Source: Antedon mediterranea (lineage: Eukaryota > Animalia > Echinodermata). Taken from it: 64,000 nucleotides of DNA. How positions within the stretch are numbered: position 1 is the stretch's first letter; the number at the start of each line of letters is the position of its first letter. The notes beneath the pieces are model-generated. The model saw nothing but the letters and a program-made list of their open reading frames with translations, ran no database searches and was not told where the DNA came from. This document shows positions 12,501-24,858 of the stretch, piece after piece. The stretch spans positions 40,474,388 to 40,538,387 of the forward strand of contig NC_092670.1 in NCBI RefSeq assembly GCF_964355755.1. The letters are read 5' to 3'. A program made the translations under genes and the position numbers.

Positions 12501-13315
12501 TATTACGGTCACGAGAATAAACATAGGAATTCTTATTGGATTGGAACGTATTACGCTTGCTTTGCTTTAAACTAGACTATTTATGTTTTTCGATTTTTCA
12601 ATTACAATACTTTACGTATGAAAAAAAAAAAAATTATTTACCAATATTAAGTTAAATCGGCGTATAGAACCTAACGAGTTGACCAATGACAGTTCAAATA
12701 ATCTTGAAACGATTGATTGTTTGAACTTTCGCTTGTGATTGGTCAAATGACTTGCATTGCACCAGGGAAGAGTTAAATTATAAATTATTAAATAAAATTG
12801 TAATTTAACTCTTCCCTGATTGCACTTACGTCTTTTCGTTGCAGTGGAAACTTAAGCTTAAGCGTGGTTCCCACTAGCGTCGCAACACAAGGACGTAACG
12901 CAACGCAAGTGAATTGACCAATCACAAGCGATGGCTTATTCGCTTGTGATTGCTAACTGTCTATAACTTCGCTTGTCATTGGTTAAAACGCTTGCGTTGC
13001 GTTTACGTCCTTGCGTTATGTTCTAGTGGGAACCAAGCTTAAAGCTGGTTCCCAGTAGGACGCAACGTGAGAACGTAGACACAGTAGACAAATAATAAGC
13101 GACTGTTCGAATAATTCATCGCTTGTGATTGGTCGCCTCGTTTACATCCTTGCGCGTTGCGTCTGTAGTGGGAGCTTAAGTATCAATGATAATCATAATA
13201 TATATTTTATTTTCGTCTCTCTTGCAGACAAGAAAAACCTACAAGTAGACTACCATACAACAGCTCAGAGGAGGCTCTTATGTCAAGCATTGAGAATCAA
13301 TACACATCAAAATAA
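9559..13315 (+). CDS. Cystin-1 (CYS1)-like N-myristoylated protein, ~250 aa
   Basis: Exons 9559-10089, 10971-11027, 12259-12335 and 13228-13315 join in frame. N-terminus MGSSPSK fits the myristoylation consensus MGxxxS. The internal segment EMTKLTDELDELLG and the C-terminus PYNSSEEALMSSIENQYTSK* resemble human cystin ETLRLLDELLAE and SYDHSEEGLMASIEREYCR* (recalled). Confidence 0.7.
11428..11441. promoter_or_regulatory. RFX X-box motif GTCGCCATGGTAAC in an intron of the cystin-like gene
   Basis: Exact match to the X-box consensus GTHNYY-AT-RRNAAC; function untested. Confidence 0.35.
12763..12818. mobile_element. 56-bp minimal TIR element with a 7-bp target-site duplication, nested in a MITE-B copy
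   Basis: Perfect 18-bp TIR CAGGGAAGAGTTAAATTA / TAATTTAACTCTTCCCTG. ATTGCAC is duplicated at 12756-12762 and 12819-12825. Confidence 0.75.
12861..13039. mobile_element. MITE family B (palindromic, PIF/Harbinger-like), best-preserved copy
   Basis: TIRs agcgtggttcccactag ... ctagtgggaaccaagct with TTA/TAA flanks and internal gaccaatcacaagcga / tcgcttgtgattg arms. Related copies at ~10650-10810, 11605-11750, 12660-12857, 13043-13176, 13550-13720, 14878-15063, 17205-17311, 40743-40946, 41424-41662 and 59570-59660. Confidence 0.8.
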
Positions 13316-15314
13316 GTAACCATCTCCTATCCAATATTAATGATATCGTACCTCCTATATATCGTATAATTAGTGTAATATAAATTGAGTCTATTAATTA
13401 TTTATGAAATAAAAAGGCAACAAATTGTTGTGGTAAGGATGTTTTATTTATAATTATACGTAACTATATTTAATTTTTATAAATTGAATTAAATAATATA
13501 AAACATAAACATACTGCACATTTAACATAATAATATACATTTTGCGAACTCAGAGCTGACGCTTGATTCCTCATTAGAGGACACAGCATTTAACCAATCA
13601 TTCTCAACCATCATTCAACTATCGCTTGTGATTGGTTGCTCAAATTATGTGCGTTGCGCGAATATTACGTTGCGCGTACGTCGTTGCTTTGGGAACCGGT
13701 TGTAGGTGAAAACCAAAGCTTTATAAATAGATATGAAATTTAATGATCTAATCGAATTTTATAAAATATAGGTAGGAGTCATTATTGTCCATGTTATTTT
13801 GACATAATGCATTCTTCGATATATTGTTAAAAACGTTTTGAACATTAATAGATCGATTTAAGGAATGCGTTCTGTTTTTATATTGCACTTAAAGATGAAA
13901 GACAACTTTGCAATAAAAACAATTGATTCAAATAATAAAAATATTATATAGCAATATTGTAAAATCAGTATAATTGAATATTATGAATATCTTGTTATGA
14001 ACATTGATTACAACGTTAATTCTTTGAAATGTAATGTATTCGAAATTAGGTCAGAATGATATAAATAAGTCATTGCACTAGTTAAACTGGTGTTATATTA
14101 ACTATTATTATAATAATTCCAAAAGGATCTCAATGAAAATACAAATAAAATAAGCAAAAAACAAGTAAAAATGGTGAGTAAAAACAGACTACCAGATTCT
14201 CTGTATCTAGATTTTCCCAACATCATAGGAATCTTCCATAATACAACATCACATGTGTTTCACATGTAATCCTAGTATCATAGACTATAACGTAGCCTTT
14301 AACATAACCTAACATGATACAGGCAACTAACATGATACAGGCAAAACATGTGATAAATATAAGATATTGTATTACCAAATATTTATGATAGGCCTACTGT
14401 CATATGGGGAGAAACAGCACTGAGAATTGGGAGAACAGCCAGAAAAAGTACAGGTCATACTTTCGGAAAACACTACCTAGATTAGGGTAGATAACTATAC
14501 CTTTTACACCGTTTAATTTAAATTAATCAATAAAACACAAAATATTTTTTTAAAAACAAGGTATGAAATGAGGTCCTTGTAATCATAACAGTTGAATACA
14601 TTTTCTTTAAAACAGCCTTTATAGTCAATATATATTATTGCAATGGTAAATAAATTAATAAATATATTTCTATATATATTAATATTCCTGGAATAATGAA
14701 TTGCTAATTTTCTCTAATATATTTATAAGTTATTTATTATTAATATTTATTAAATACAATAGTTTCACCACTTACTAAAATACAGTAAATTACAAATATA
14801 GAAAGGTTTAGCCAGATACCTAATGTCCTAAAACAGTAAACTTACAACAATATATTAATTAAAATTATTCAGCAGAAAGTTTGGTTCACACTAGAATGCA
14901 AAGCAAAGACCAATCACAAAGTGCAACACAAGTAATTGACCAATCACAAAGTACAACACAAGTAGTAGACCAATCACAAGCGATGCATTATTTGAACTGT
15001 CTGCTAGTCATTAGCCAACATGGTGTTTACACCCGTTTGTTGCATCCTAGTGGGAATTAAGCTTTATTAACACCCTACAACATTTATTACTTTTTAAATA
15101 AGATAAAAATACCATGGTCCTTTACATTTCATTAGAAACATATAACTTGTCCCCTACATTAGTCTACAACAATTATCTATTGAGCTAATTTCCACCTAAT
15201 TGAAATAAAACCTAGCCTACAATGGCCAACATTAGTTAGGGAACCAACATTTGGTAAAGGTGCTAGTGTAGAGCAGGCTTAAGTTTCAGGTGGAAAGTTA
15301 GTATGTACCAATTA

Positions 15315-18300
15315 TTAAAATTCTGATACTCCGGAATCTTTCTCACGTGAATCAGCAGAACAGTATACTGTATCGTAACTCTCGTACACTGCGAAAACAG
15401 CGCTGAGACTGCCGGACGTACTTTCTTCTACGATATGACCTTTATCTCTTAACTCGCTAATCACATCCGCAGGAACATCAGCTAAATACAAAAATTTAAT
15501 TATTAACTTTTGGAAAAAAAATATTTAAAAACTACACTATTTTTTTCAATCTGGGATAAAATATGAAGTTTGTAGCATAATGACAACCGAAATGTTAAGA
15601 AATTCTCACACTCTTTATTCCCTTTGGAAACACAACCTAATTTTTATTTGGCCAATCTTCTGTCTATTTAATTTCAAAGAACATATTGTACTTACACTCA
15701 GCAACAACAGTATTTGGTTCCAGCGAATGATACACATGATTTCTTTCATTTATTGCATCATTCAAATCTTTTTCCAACGACAGAAACGATATTAAAACTT
15801 GAGCGATTGCGTCTATGGTATTACTACCAGACTTGCCACCAATAGCCATGTGTGGTTCGCACTTGTCATTCAGGTCCCACACGAGGGACGGCGCTTGAAA
15901 AGTCTGAGGGCGCTTGCCACTTTCTATATTATTAGTCTATGAAAAAAACAAATTTGCATAATACAATAAACATCTATTAAGGTGACTCCTTAGGGACCTA
16001 ACAAAGTTTCCACTTAATAGGAGTGTGTCCTGAATAGTGGTTCGGTATGGTGTTAAAATTGCTCCTCCTTCCTCCTCATTTGTAGAGGTTTTGCTATGTT
16101 ATGGTCCAGGTGATAAAGAATGACCCCTTAGACTAAGGAAAAAACACTTTTATAAAGAGGGGTGGCCAGATGCTTACAGTTGATTCTAGGAGTCCTGTAG
16201 CAGACTTTCCTTGCCAATAAAATTGATCCATTATATTGTTCAGTATAACACCACCTTCTGTCATTATGCCTGACCCAAAGTCAGAATTTAACGAGCTGAA
16301 AAAACAACAAACAATTGTAGTATGACTTTCTAATTCTGAAGTAAAGCCTAGTCTAGAATATCAAACTAGTTTGACAAAAAAGTGTTGTGCACAATGACGT
16401 CATATATGGGCATATCAAATGTTTATGTCACATACAGTTTGATAGTGTGAACATGACAGAGCTTAATACAAATGTAATTAATGTGAAGAAAAAGACCTGT
16501 ACCCAATGCTTGTATGATGATGGGGAGTGTTTGAAGAGACAATCAATAACTTTAGGCTGCAAGTTTACCAAAACTGCCTATATATTCAGTAGGTGAGGCA
16601 TACAGTTAAGAAACCATCAGAAAGTTTTGGTTAGAATATGGTTTTCCCAAAAAATGGGAAAAAATTGTTGATGTTCTTTTTTTCTAGGGCGTCAACACTT
16701 GTGTGCTTTGTATGGTGTGTACCCTGGTGTGTGTAAACTCCCGAGTTGTACTAGGTGGTGTGAAAGGGGTATAATACTTATTTTTGGTGAATATGTTGAA
16801 TACTTACTTTGTAATTGACACAAGATCGTTATTACTCTCATCCAACACTGAGATATGTGATGTTCCACTAGCTGACAAACTATTTGCAAACTCAGTATAG
16901 AATTCTATATCATGTGTGCTGTTTGTACTTATCTGTTCACGAATACCTTCTGCTGTTGAATCGCTATAAATACATAAATAGTTTTTATTTTTGTTAGTTT
17001 AATTAGAATGCAAATGTGATGATAATTGTCAAACAAATCACCAACTTTGGGCATGTTTTACTATAGGTGGACTTCCAGTTATATGAAACTACTCGCACAT
17101 CACAAGTTTGGTGTACTCAGCCATGACTACTGTCAGACCCAAATTCAGGGTACATTTCTTTACCTTGAAATAAACGAGGGGAAATATATACCTTAACACT
17201 ACTGACAGCCAACCCGGGGACACCGCAATGGAAGGACGTAAGTCCACCGTTATGATTGGTCAACTCACTTGTTTTGCGCCTACATAGATGTGTTGCAAGT
17301 GGGAACTAAGTTTTAGTGGACAGTATACAATCCTTGATCACAAATATACTACAAGTACGTTCTTTCGTCTGGGTGTAGCTTGTACATACCTTAACATAAT
17401 ATCTGTATAATTGTCAACAGAATCCACAAATGATGGGTCTCCTAAATGCAACATCTGTGCCTTTGCAAACTTGATAGCCTATAAATATACACAATAATCA
17501 TAGAGTGCTAACTAGGCAACGACTTTTAAAAATGGCTGATGTGTTGGTTAAAAAATATATTAGTATATAAGGCACTTGCACTGATGAAGAGCGAGCATTG
17601 CCCAAAATCTCTGCTAATTTTTCTGGTTGTTTTACTTTATCCTTTTGATTTAGCTTTTTGCTTATTTTTATTTTGTATCGTGATCCAGCCACTGATACCC
17701 ACAGCATTGTCATTTTTTTTTAAATTTGCCTTTGGATTAGTATATAAGGCAATCTATAATGCCACTACAATAAGATGTCAAAAATTCACCATTTTATTAT
17801 CGTTTTTTTTTGTCTTATAATTTGTTTTTAACTTACCTCAATTGTATAATGATACCTGAGTGCCTCGTCAGTGGATGTAGAAAAGTCATAATCATTCAGA
17901 ATATTCAAGATAGATAGAAGACCAGGACCACCGCTTGGAGCTGGCGGACTATAGATGGAGTAATCTACAAAGGAAATTAGAACAGTATGAAGAAAAGTAT
18001 GTTATTGATTAATTCAATTCAACTATTTCCGAAAGATGCACTGGGTTCATGTATGTGCTGGATTTATGCCGTTATCTGAGAAGACTTGTTCTACCAACAG
18101 AACTAATGGTTAAGAAGATCTATGAACCTGTGCCAATATCATGGCTGTGGTTTGGCACTGCTCGGTCACAAAAAATGCATTGGGTTCATTTAAGTACACT
18201 CAAGCCACACTCAGATTTTAGTTCTTTTTCAAGAAACTTGTCATTCTACCAGAAATAGTTAATTTAGGAGTCCCTTAAACTTGTGCCGATTATGGCTGGG

Positions 18301-21300
18301 GTCTGCATTGCTCGGTCACTTGACTAAAAAAATGATGTACAACATTGTAAACAAACTTACTGCCATAATCAACTGCAAGTGGAGATGCTTGAAAGACGTT
18401 GTATTTATCAAAATCATCAGTTTTTATGAGGCCTTCATCAGTCAGCTGAAATGAAAGGATTATAAAACAATTAATGCTTATTTAATTTATTTATTTATTT
18501 AACAACATCTTTATACAGGATTACACAATCAGGTAAAAGAAAACCTGTGTTGCATTTTGGTCTTAGATACAAATTAATTTGGGGGACAGAAAAAAAAAAT
18601 TAAGATCGATACCAAGCTTTGAATGAAGCAATTGTTGTGGAATATTTAATTTCAGTTGGTAGGTTATTCCATATTTTAGCACCTGCAACTTTGAACGATG
18701 AGTTCATCTTACTAATGGTATAGTAGAGTATTGTTATATTTAGGTGTTGTATTCCACATGTTAAGTGAGTATGAATATAATAATCAGAACTTTATTTTAA
18801 AGACTTGATTTGTTCATTCAGAATAAAACACTTAAGTCTTGCTAAGACACTCACCGCATTAATGACCTCCGTCATGAACTCATTCCTAAAATACGCTTCA
18901 GGACCGACCTCTCCAATTTTATCAAGAGTGTCTGCAAGACTTGACAACACCAGTGTCTCTCCAGCTTTTAATGGTGTTCCGTTTGGAGTGTAAATACTTC
19001 TCCATTTTTCAGACATCTGTTCAGCATTGGTGGCATTGATTGCATTAGCTAGAGAAAACAAGAAATATCATTACTGTGACTAACCATGTAGCTGCAAAAT
19101 AATAGGAGTATGGTTCTATACGTGTTTGACCGGAGTAATGATGTAAAGCGGCTTTGTCTATTAAGCGCTATATACGACCTAGCTAGCAAACTATGTTATT
19201 AAATAGTGTAGTTTAACTCTAACTTCGTTAATTAAATAGTAAGATAAGGGCGACCATGTTAGCTTTGACTACAGTAGCTCACTAATATTACAAATGTAGT
19301 CCAGATCTTATAGTTGTTGTTTGTGTTATTTTGGTTGGTACTTACATAGAGTTGAAGAAACTGTAAAGCCTTCTCTTGCAAGCTTGGATGCTGGACTAAC
19401 AAGTTCAGACCATTTTTTCCTATAAATAATTTACAGTGCCATATTAATAATAATACTAATTTACAATGCAATATAACAGTGCAATAATAATACTAATTTA
19501 CAGTGCAATATGACAGTGCAATAATAATACTAATTTACAATGCAATATGACAGTGCAATAATAATATTAATTTACAGTGTAATATTAATTACAGTGCAAT
19601 AATAATACTAATTTATACTGCAATATTACAGTGCAATAATAATACTATATTACAATGCAATATGACAGTGCAATAATAATACTAATTTACAGTGCAATAT
19701 TACAGTGCAATAATAATCCTAATTTACAGTCCAATATTACGGTGCAATAATAATACTAATTTACAGTGCAATATTAATTACAGTGCAATAATAATAATTT
19801 GTTGGTTAAGTTCAACCGGATACCAAAATTGTCTTTAAGGTCACAGTTCCAAAAAGTGACAGATTTATCAAATATGCTTAGCTAAAAAAATACTCTTAAC
19901 TTTGTCAATGATCTTGGTCAGTTTTCAAATTAACCTAAGCACTTATTTTTACATATATATTTATTTAAAATAAATTATAAAGAGTTAAATGAATGCAATA
20001 ATACATCTAATGGTAGAGTACAGACTTACTTTCCATAAGCATCATGGGCCACCTGCATACCAAGGAGTTCTCCTGGAACTGCTACTGCTTTTGCACCCTG
20101 ACAACAACAAAGTGAGTTATTTATAACAATTACGGATCATGCCAAAATTATTCAGAAAGGGCAGTGAATTATCTATTTACTTTTTAAAATGAAATTTGTA
20201 ACAAAAATATGTTAAATTTAAAAAACCTTAGTAATAGTATGTCTGAACATCATCATTAAATATATTTTAAACATATAGATCATTAAAACTGGTTTATGTT
20301 TGCAGTCTTCAATTTTCGCACTCCTTAAATTTCAGTGATATTTAGAATGCCATTAATTCACATTATTTTCACAAAATCAATGATGCATAGAATTAAAGGT
20401 TGGATATGAAACACAAAGTCTGTAAGTAGAGATACTTACATATTTTGCTAAGTCTGCATCACTGGCAAACATATCCTCTGTAGCATCTGAAGGTGCCGTA
20501 GCTTGGAAATCAAACACATTACTGCTTTCGCTGTTGGCTTCATACACCATCATAAAACCACCACTAAACATCATACATAATATAATATTATTCACAAACT
20601 ATCAACAATAAATAAAATCACGCTTTAAAAATATAATCTAATCAGTTCTTTCCTAACATCAATCAGTTTTTAGTCATGTGCAAACGTGACTCTACAGTTG
20701 GTTGGTCGGTGAACAGCTACTGCAGCCATGTATATGGCCTTGTTTTCATTAATTTTTATACTAATTAAGTTTTTGGACAAAAATGTTTTAGTATTTCTTA
20801 TATATTATATTATTTTCGTTTTATTTTTACAACCTATGCTCCCTATATAGTATGATATGTACCCCACTACACCACCCTATATAGTATGATATGTACCCCA
20901 CTACACCACAAAATCCAGAAAACACAGTACCAAATGTTAGTCTTACCCCCCAATTCCACCAGATTGACTATGTACCACCCCAATACAGAACATGGCAGCA
21001 ATAGCCGCATCAACTGCAGAGCCTTGGTCTTTTAAGATGTCGCCACCAATATCAGAACACTGCTGAGATCCCGTAGATACTGCTCCTTTAGGTGTAATCT
21101 ATCAAAATATACATTGGATTTTTTAAAAATTGAATAAAAAAAAAATTGAATAAAAAAAAAAACAAAAAAAAAAACCTTTTTTTCACAAAGTAACCATCAT
21201 AGGACGGATAAATTATATCATGCATAAACTATAATTTTCCCATTTTATGCTTAGGGAGTGGAGTAGAGATGCGAGTTACAACCCTGGCACTTAATCAGGG

Positions 21301-24283
21301 TTGAACCCTGGACTGTGGAAGGCAAAGTGCTGTTAACCACCAAGCTACAACTCCATCACAAATTGATAGAGCTCATATTCTTTTGATTAAATTAATCATA
21401 TTGCAATATGGAATGGAATACATGAATAAGTCAAACTGTATAGGTCAAAGGTTATATTTAATCCTACTGCATTAAAGTATTACCAGTAACTTTATTCATC
21501 TACCAGTAATTGTGTTAACACATTGTTATTATTATTACATGACTGTATTTATTGTGTATTTGCATATTGAATTCAGTAAAAATCTTTTTTTACCAAACAA
21601 TATGAATAAAGGCATTATTTTTGCATAATTTAGGTGTATATTTATATATAGTACTCTTTTATTTAAAAAAATGTGTTATATTGTTTTATATATTTTTAAT
21701 CCATTCTATTAGTGGCAGTGTTGAATGTGAAATAAATTCTCTTGGATGGGCTTCTTTTTTAGATTACTTTTGCAAAGCAAAGCTTCTTTTGTAGTAATTT
21801 GCCAAACAAACCAACAACAAAATTGTTTCTAAACATTATTAACAGCTTGGAGCACTGTAGTAAAAATACAAGCACTGTACCTGTTCCATTCCTGACACTA
21901 TAGTAATCACCATGGCGATAGTAATTGCCAACCCAAAGATAATGGACGACAGGACGATTACTTTGAGTCCGTCATAGCCACAGATTTCTTCATGTTGATA
22001 CGCATGAGTTTCATTTAACGGTACAGCCTCATGGAATGCTTTAGTGTTTCTATCTGTTATCAACAACTGCTTGTCTAAGTAAAATATAAAGAGAAAATTT
22101 CAACCATTACAAAAGTAACTCATTTTTCTCAATACTCTAAAAATTGCAAACTCTCCCGAAAAAGGCTACCAAATACTTCTTTTTTACCATTAAAAAAAAC
22201 CATTTCAGAATACTAGTAGAGAGTTTCTGGGATTGGGAGAGTTGACTGACATGTTTGTTTCCATTCCATATCAAATCATTCAAATACTCGCCAATGGGAA
22301 TGCATTCTACCTCAACCAAGTCACATGTAATATATTATATATTGCAATTCTTGGAATTGCTGAAGGATTTGAACCAAGGACCTTGGGATCAGTAAGCATC
22401 AAGCACCAATATTTGTTTCCCCACATGTACAGTAACTCACTATATACTCATTATATTACTGATACTAGTAACATTCTGTTTAGGAATTTGTCTATGATTT
22501 AATTAATAGAAAGCACAATTTTTTCAAAAATTAACACTGAAAACGGTACATATAATGACACAAAACAGGAATGGAAAATGAGAAGAAGAGAGAGAGAGAA
22601 ATCTACACTGAATAAAGAAAAGCCTAGCAAGGACAATAGGTGTTCAGAAACAAAACCTTTAAAGGCCAATTTACACAGAAGAGCAGTCGTAACGGACACG
22701 GAAAAGGTTGACAACTTGTCCCACATAGAATCTGCATCTAATTGGAGTGAGTTTTCATGTTTTGTCTAAATTTAAGGTACTGTATTATTATTAACATAGA
22801 TTCTATATTTTTGTTTTGCGCTTACTGTTTACAGCTTGTCTGTGTAAAATGGCTTTTTTTATTCAAGTATTACTACTGTAACTATGATTAGTATTTTTTT
22901 AAATTTTGTAAAGAATGGAAACTTAGAGAAAGATTAAACATGCATTGAAAATACTCTGACTAGTATTAGCCACACTACTTCAAAGCCATTATATTAAATG
23001 AAAACAGCTGCTATTGGCAAGTATTGATCTAGTTATAGTCCAAGTGTTACGCTGTAATTATCATAATAATAAACGAAGGTTTTACATAATTTTTATTTTG
23101 AAGGCCTATTATAAACAAATGGAATTATGTAAATTACAAATTAAACAATAAAAAAAAAATTATTTTTATAAAAAATAAGGTAGATAAAAAATTGAAAAAA
23201 TAATTTGCAATTTACAGCAGTAAATCAATTCAATTATAGCTTTTTTTAAATGTTATTTTATAAATTATATCATTTATTATAAAGCTGAGAGATATCAAAT
23301 CAAATTCATTATTTTTCATCTACAAAGTGTGAGATGCAACTAGAGTATAAGCAATTAATAAGCATTAAATAATTTTATAAACAAAATCTTTGGAAGAAGA
23401 TTGGGAAACAACACAACACAAAAATGAACAATCTCTAAAAATCACAAAATGTATGATTCATTAATTGTATTCGGCAAACCAGTGCCAGTTCAAGAATATC
23501 TGATATTATTATAAGGAAAGATGACTGATTAGAATTTAATAACATAAAACTAAAAATAAAACTATAAATAAAACTATAAATAAACCCAAATTAGTAAAAA
23601 GAAGGTAATACAGTTAAAAACATAAGCAAGTAATAAACATAGTTAACAAACAACAATGTCACTACAAACAACTTAACCAAAAATACACCAATCTTTAAAA
23701 TAATGAATATTTATACAATAATAAGTCTCATGATTTCTTACCTGATTTTGATTTACCTCCTGGCGGAAGATGATAAAACAAAATGTAAACCAGCATTATT
23801 AAATAATAATATCAATTACTTTTGGGGTCATTTACAATTACATTTACTATTTTATCATAAATTCTAATTTATTTATTAAATTAGGTAGGCCGCCCTAGAG
23901 CTAGTAATAGATAAATTAATTTATTTTATACTGTATATTAATTTGATGAAAAGAATAACATTAACAAATAAATAAAATATGTGAACGTATTGTCAATTTC
24001 TATAAATTCGGTGATATTTCACAAACAGTACACAAAGAGCTTAGTTAGGCCTCTGGGGCATGAGACATGGTCCTATAGTACCACATACAGTATTGCCAAA
24101 GGCTCTATCACACACCCATGATATTTCTAAAATTAACCACCAGCTCCTCTCTTTTTCAGCCTAGCGTAGCTCGCAAGCCGTACAATTTATTTGTCGTGTA
24201 TTCAAAATACCTGAAATTCCATTGCTACCTTCTTCATGGATGTCAATACCTAACGAATCATAAGACGGTTTACCAGTAGCCAT
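15315..24283 (-). CDS. GGT7: Gamma-glutamyltransferase 7-like (glutathione hydrolase family), type II membrane protein, ~626 aa, 15 exons
   Basis: Exons (minus strand): 24283-24211, 23759-23742, 22074-21881, 21098-20947, 20563-20440, 20097-20030, 19419-19346, 19048-18855, 18445-18361, 17964-17837, 17478-17390, 16963-16808, 16295-16178, 15936-15696, 15481-15315; all phases are consistent. Motifs: PLNET...DGLKVIV + TM helix (GGT7-type N-terminus), GSAVDAAIAAMFCIGVV..SGGIGGGGFM, AVPGEL, GTSHISVLD (autoprocessing Thr), SLNSDFGSG, GKRP, SADSR. Confidence 0.9.
16345..16463. mobile_element. MITE family A copy in a GGT7 intron
   Basis: agcctagtctagaatatcaaactagtttgacaaaaaagtgt ... gtttgatagtgtgaacatgacagagct followed by taa. 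Confidence 0.65.
19426..19800. repeat. AT-rich minisatellite (~37-bp unit aataataatactaatttacagtgcaatattacagtgc)
   Basis: About 10 imperfect copies in a GGT7 intron. Confidence 0.85.
21280..21349 (-). mobile_element. Degenerate tRNA-derived SINE head
   Basis: The minus strand reads gtagcttggtggttaacagcac...ccagggttcaacccctg, with A-box-like and B-box-like motifs but no complete cloverleaf. Confidence 0.35.
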
Positions 24284-24771
24284 GTTAATATACTGCTTTT
24301 AAATTAATTTTATATGAAATTTATTCTCAATCTCAATTTTTCTCAAAATCCAGAGATCCTTCCTTGTAAAGGTAATTATTAATAATGAAATGCTTCAGTA
24401 ATTTTCACCGGAAATTGGCTCAGATCATTATGTAGCCTCATAAATATTCAAAAGTTTGCTTACGGCTGTCATTCTGATTGGCTGATAAACTAGTATACAT
24501 CCTCGTACATTTATTTTCTGACCAAACAAATAATTCTGCATTGATAATCATACAATCGATTTTTATATGGATGAACAAGGTTGTGTATATCCTAAAAATT
24601 TCTTACGAATTTCCTACAGAAATATTATTAAATCCGAGTAGAATTTATAAAAAAATAGTCTTTACTTGTATTTTCTTTTAATTTAACCAAAATATGTTGG
24701 TTTGTTTGAGGGTTTTCAAACATATTGCATGGACTACTTTTCCTAGGCTCCTGCCCACTTCCCGCCAACTC
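24284..24771. promoter_or_regulatory. Bidirectional promoter region shared by GGT7-like (-) and UBTF (+)
   Basis: The start codons at 24283 (-) and 24892 (+) lie ~600 bp apart head-to-head. CCAAT/ATTGG boxes occur near 24414 and 24477, and a GC-richer island spans 24740-24910. Confidence 0.55.
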
Positions 24772-24858
24772 ATGCCCAGGGCAGCCATCGCGCGGAAGCA
24801 GCGGCATCACGCACAAGTGTTGCATGACCGCATCATCAAGCAGCTTAGCAAACGATGA
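24772..24858 (+). CDS. Putative 28-codon upstream ORF (MPRAAIARKQRHHAQVLHDRIIKQLSKR) in the UBTF 5' leader
   Basis: ATG at 24772 to TGA at 24856-24858, ending 33 nt before the UBTF ATG. The ORF is GC-rich and the peptide is basic. Confidence 0.35.
   Translation: MPRAAIARKQRHHAQVLHDRIIKQLSKR

Noticed and set aside
21280-21349. tRNA gene
   Set aside because: A/B-box-like motifs are present, but there is no complete cloverleaf or acceptor stem. It is treated as a SINE remnant, as is a similar trace at ~22358-22408.
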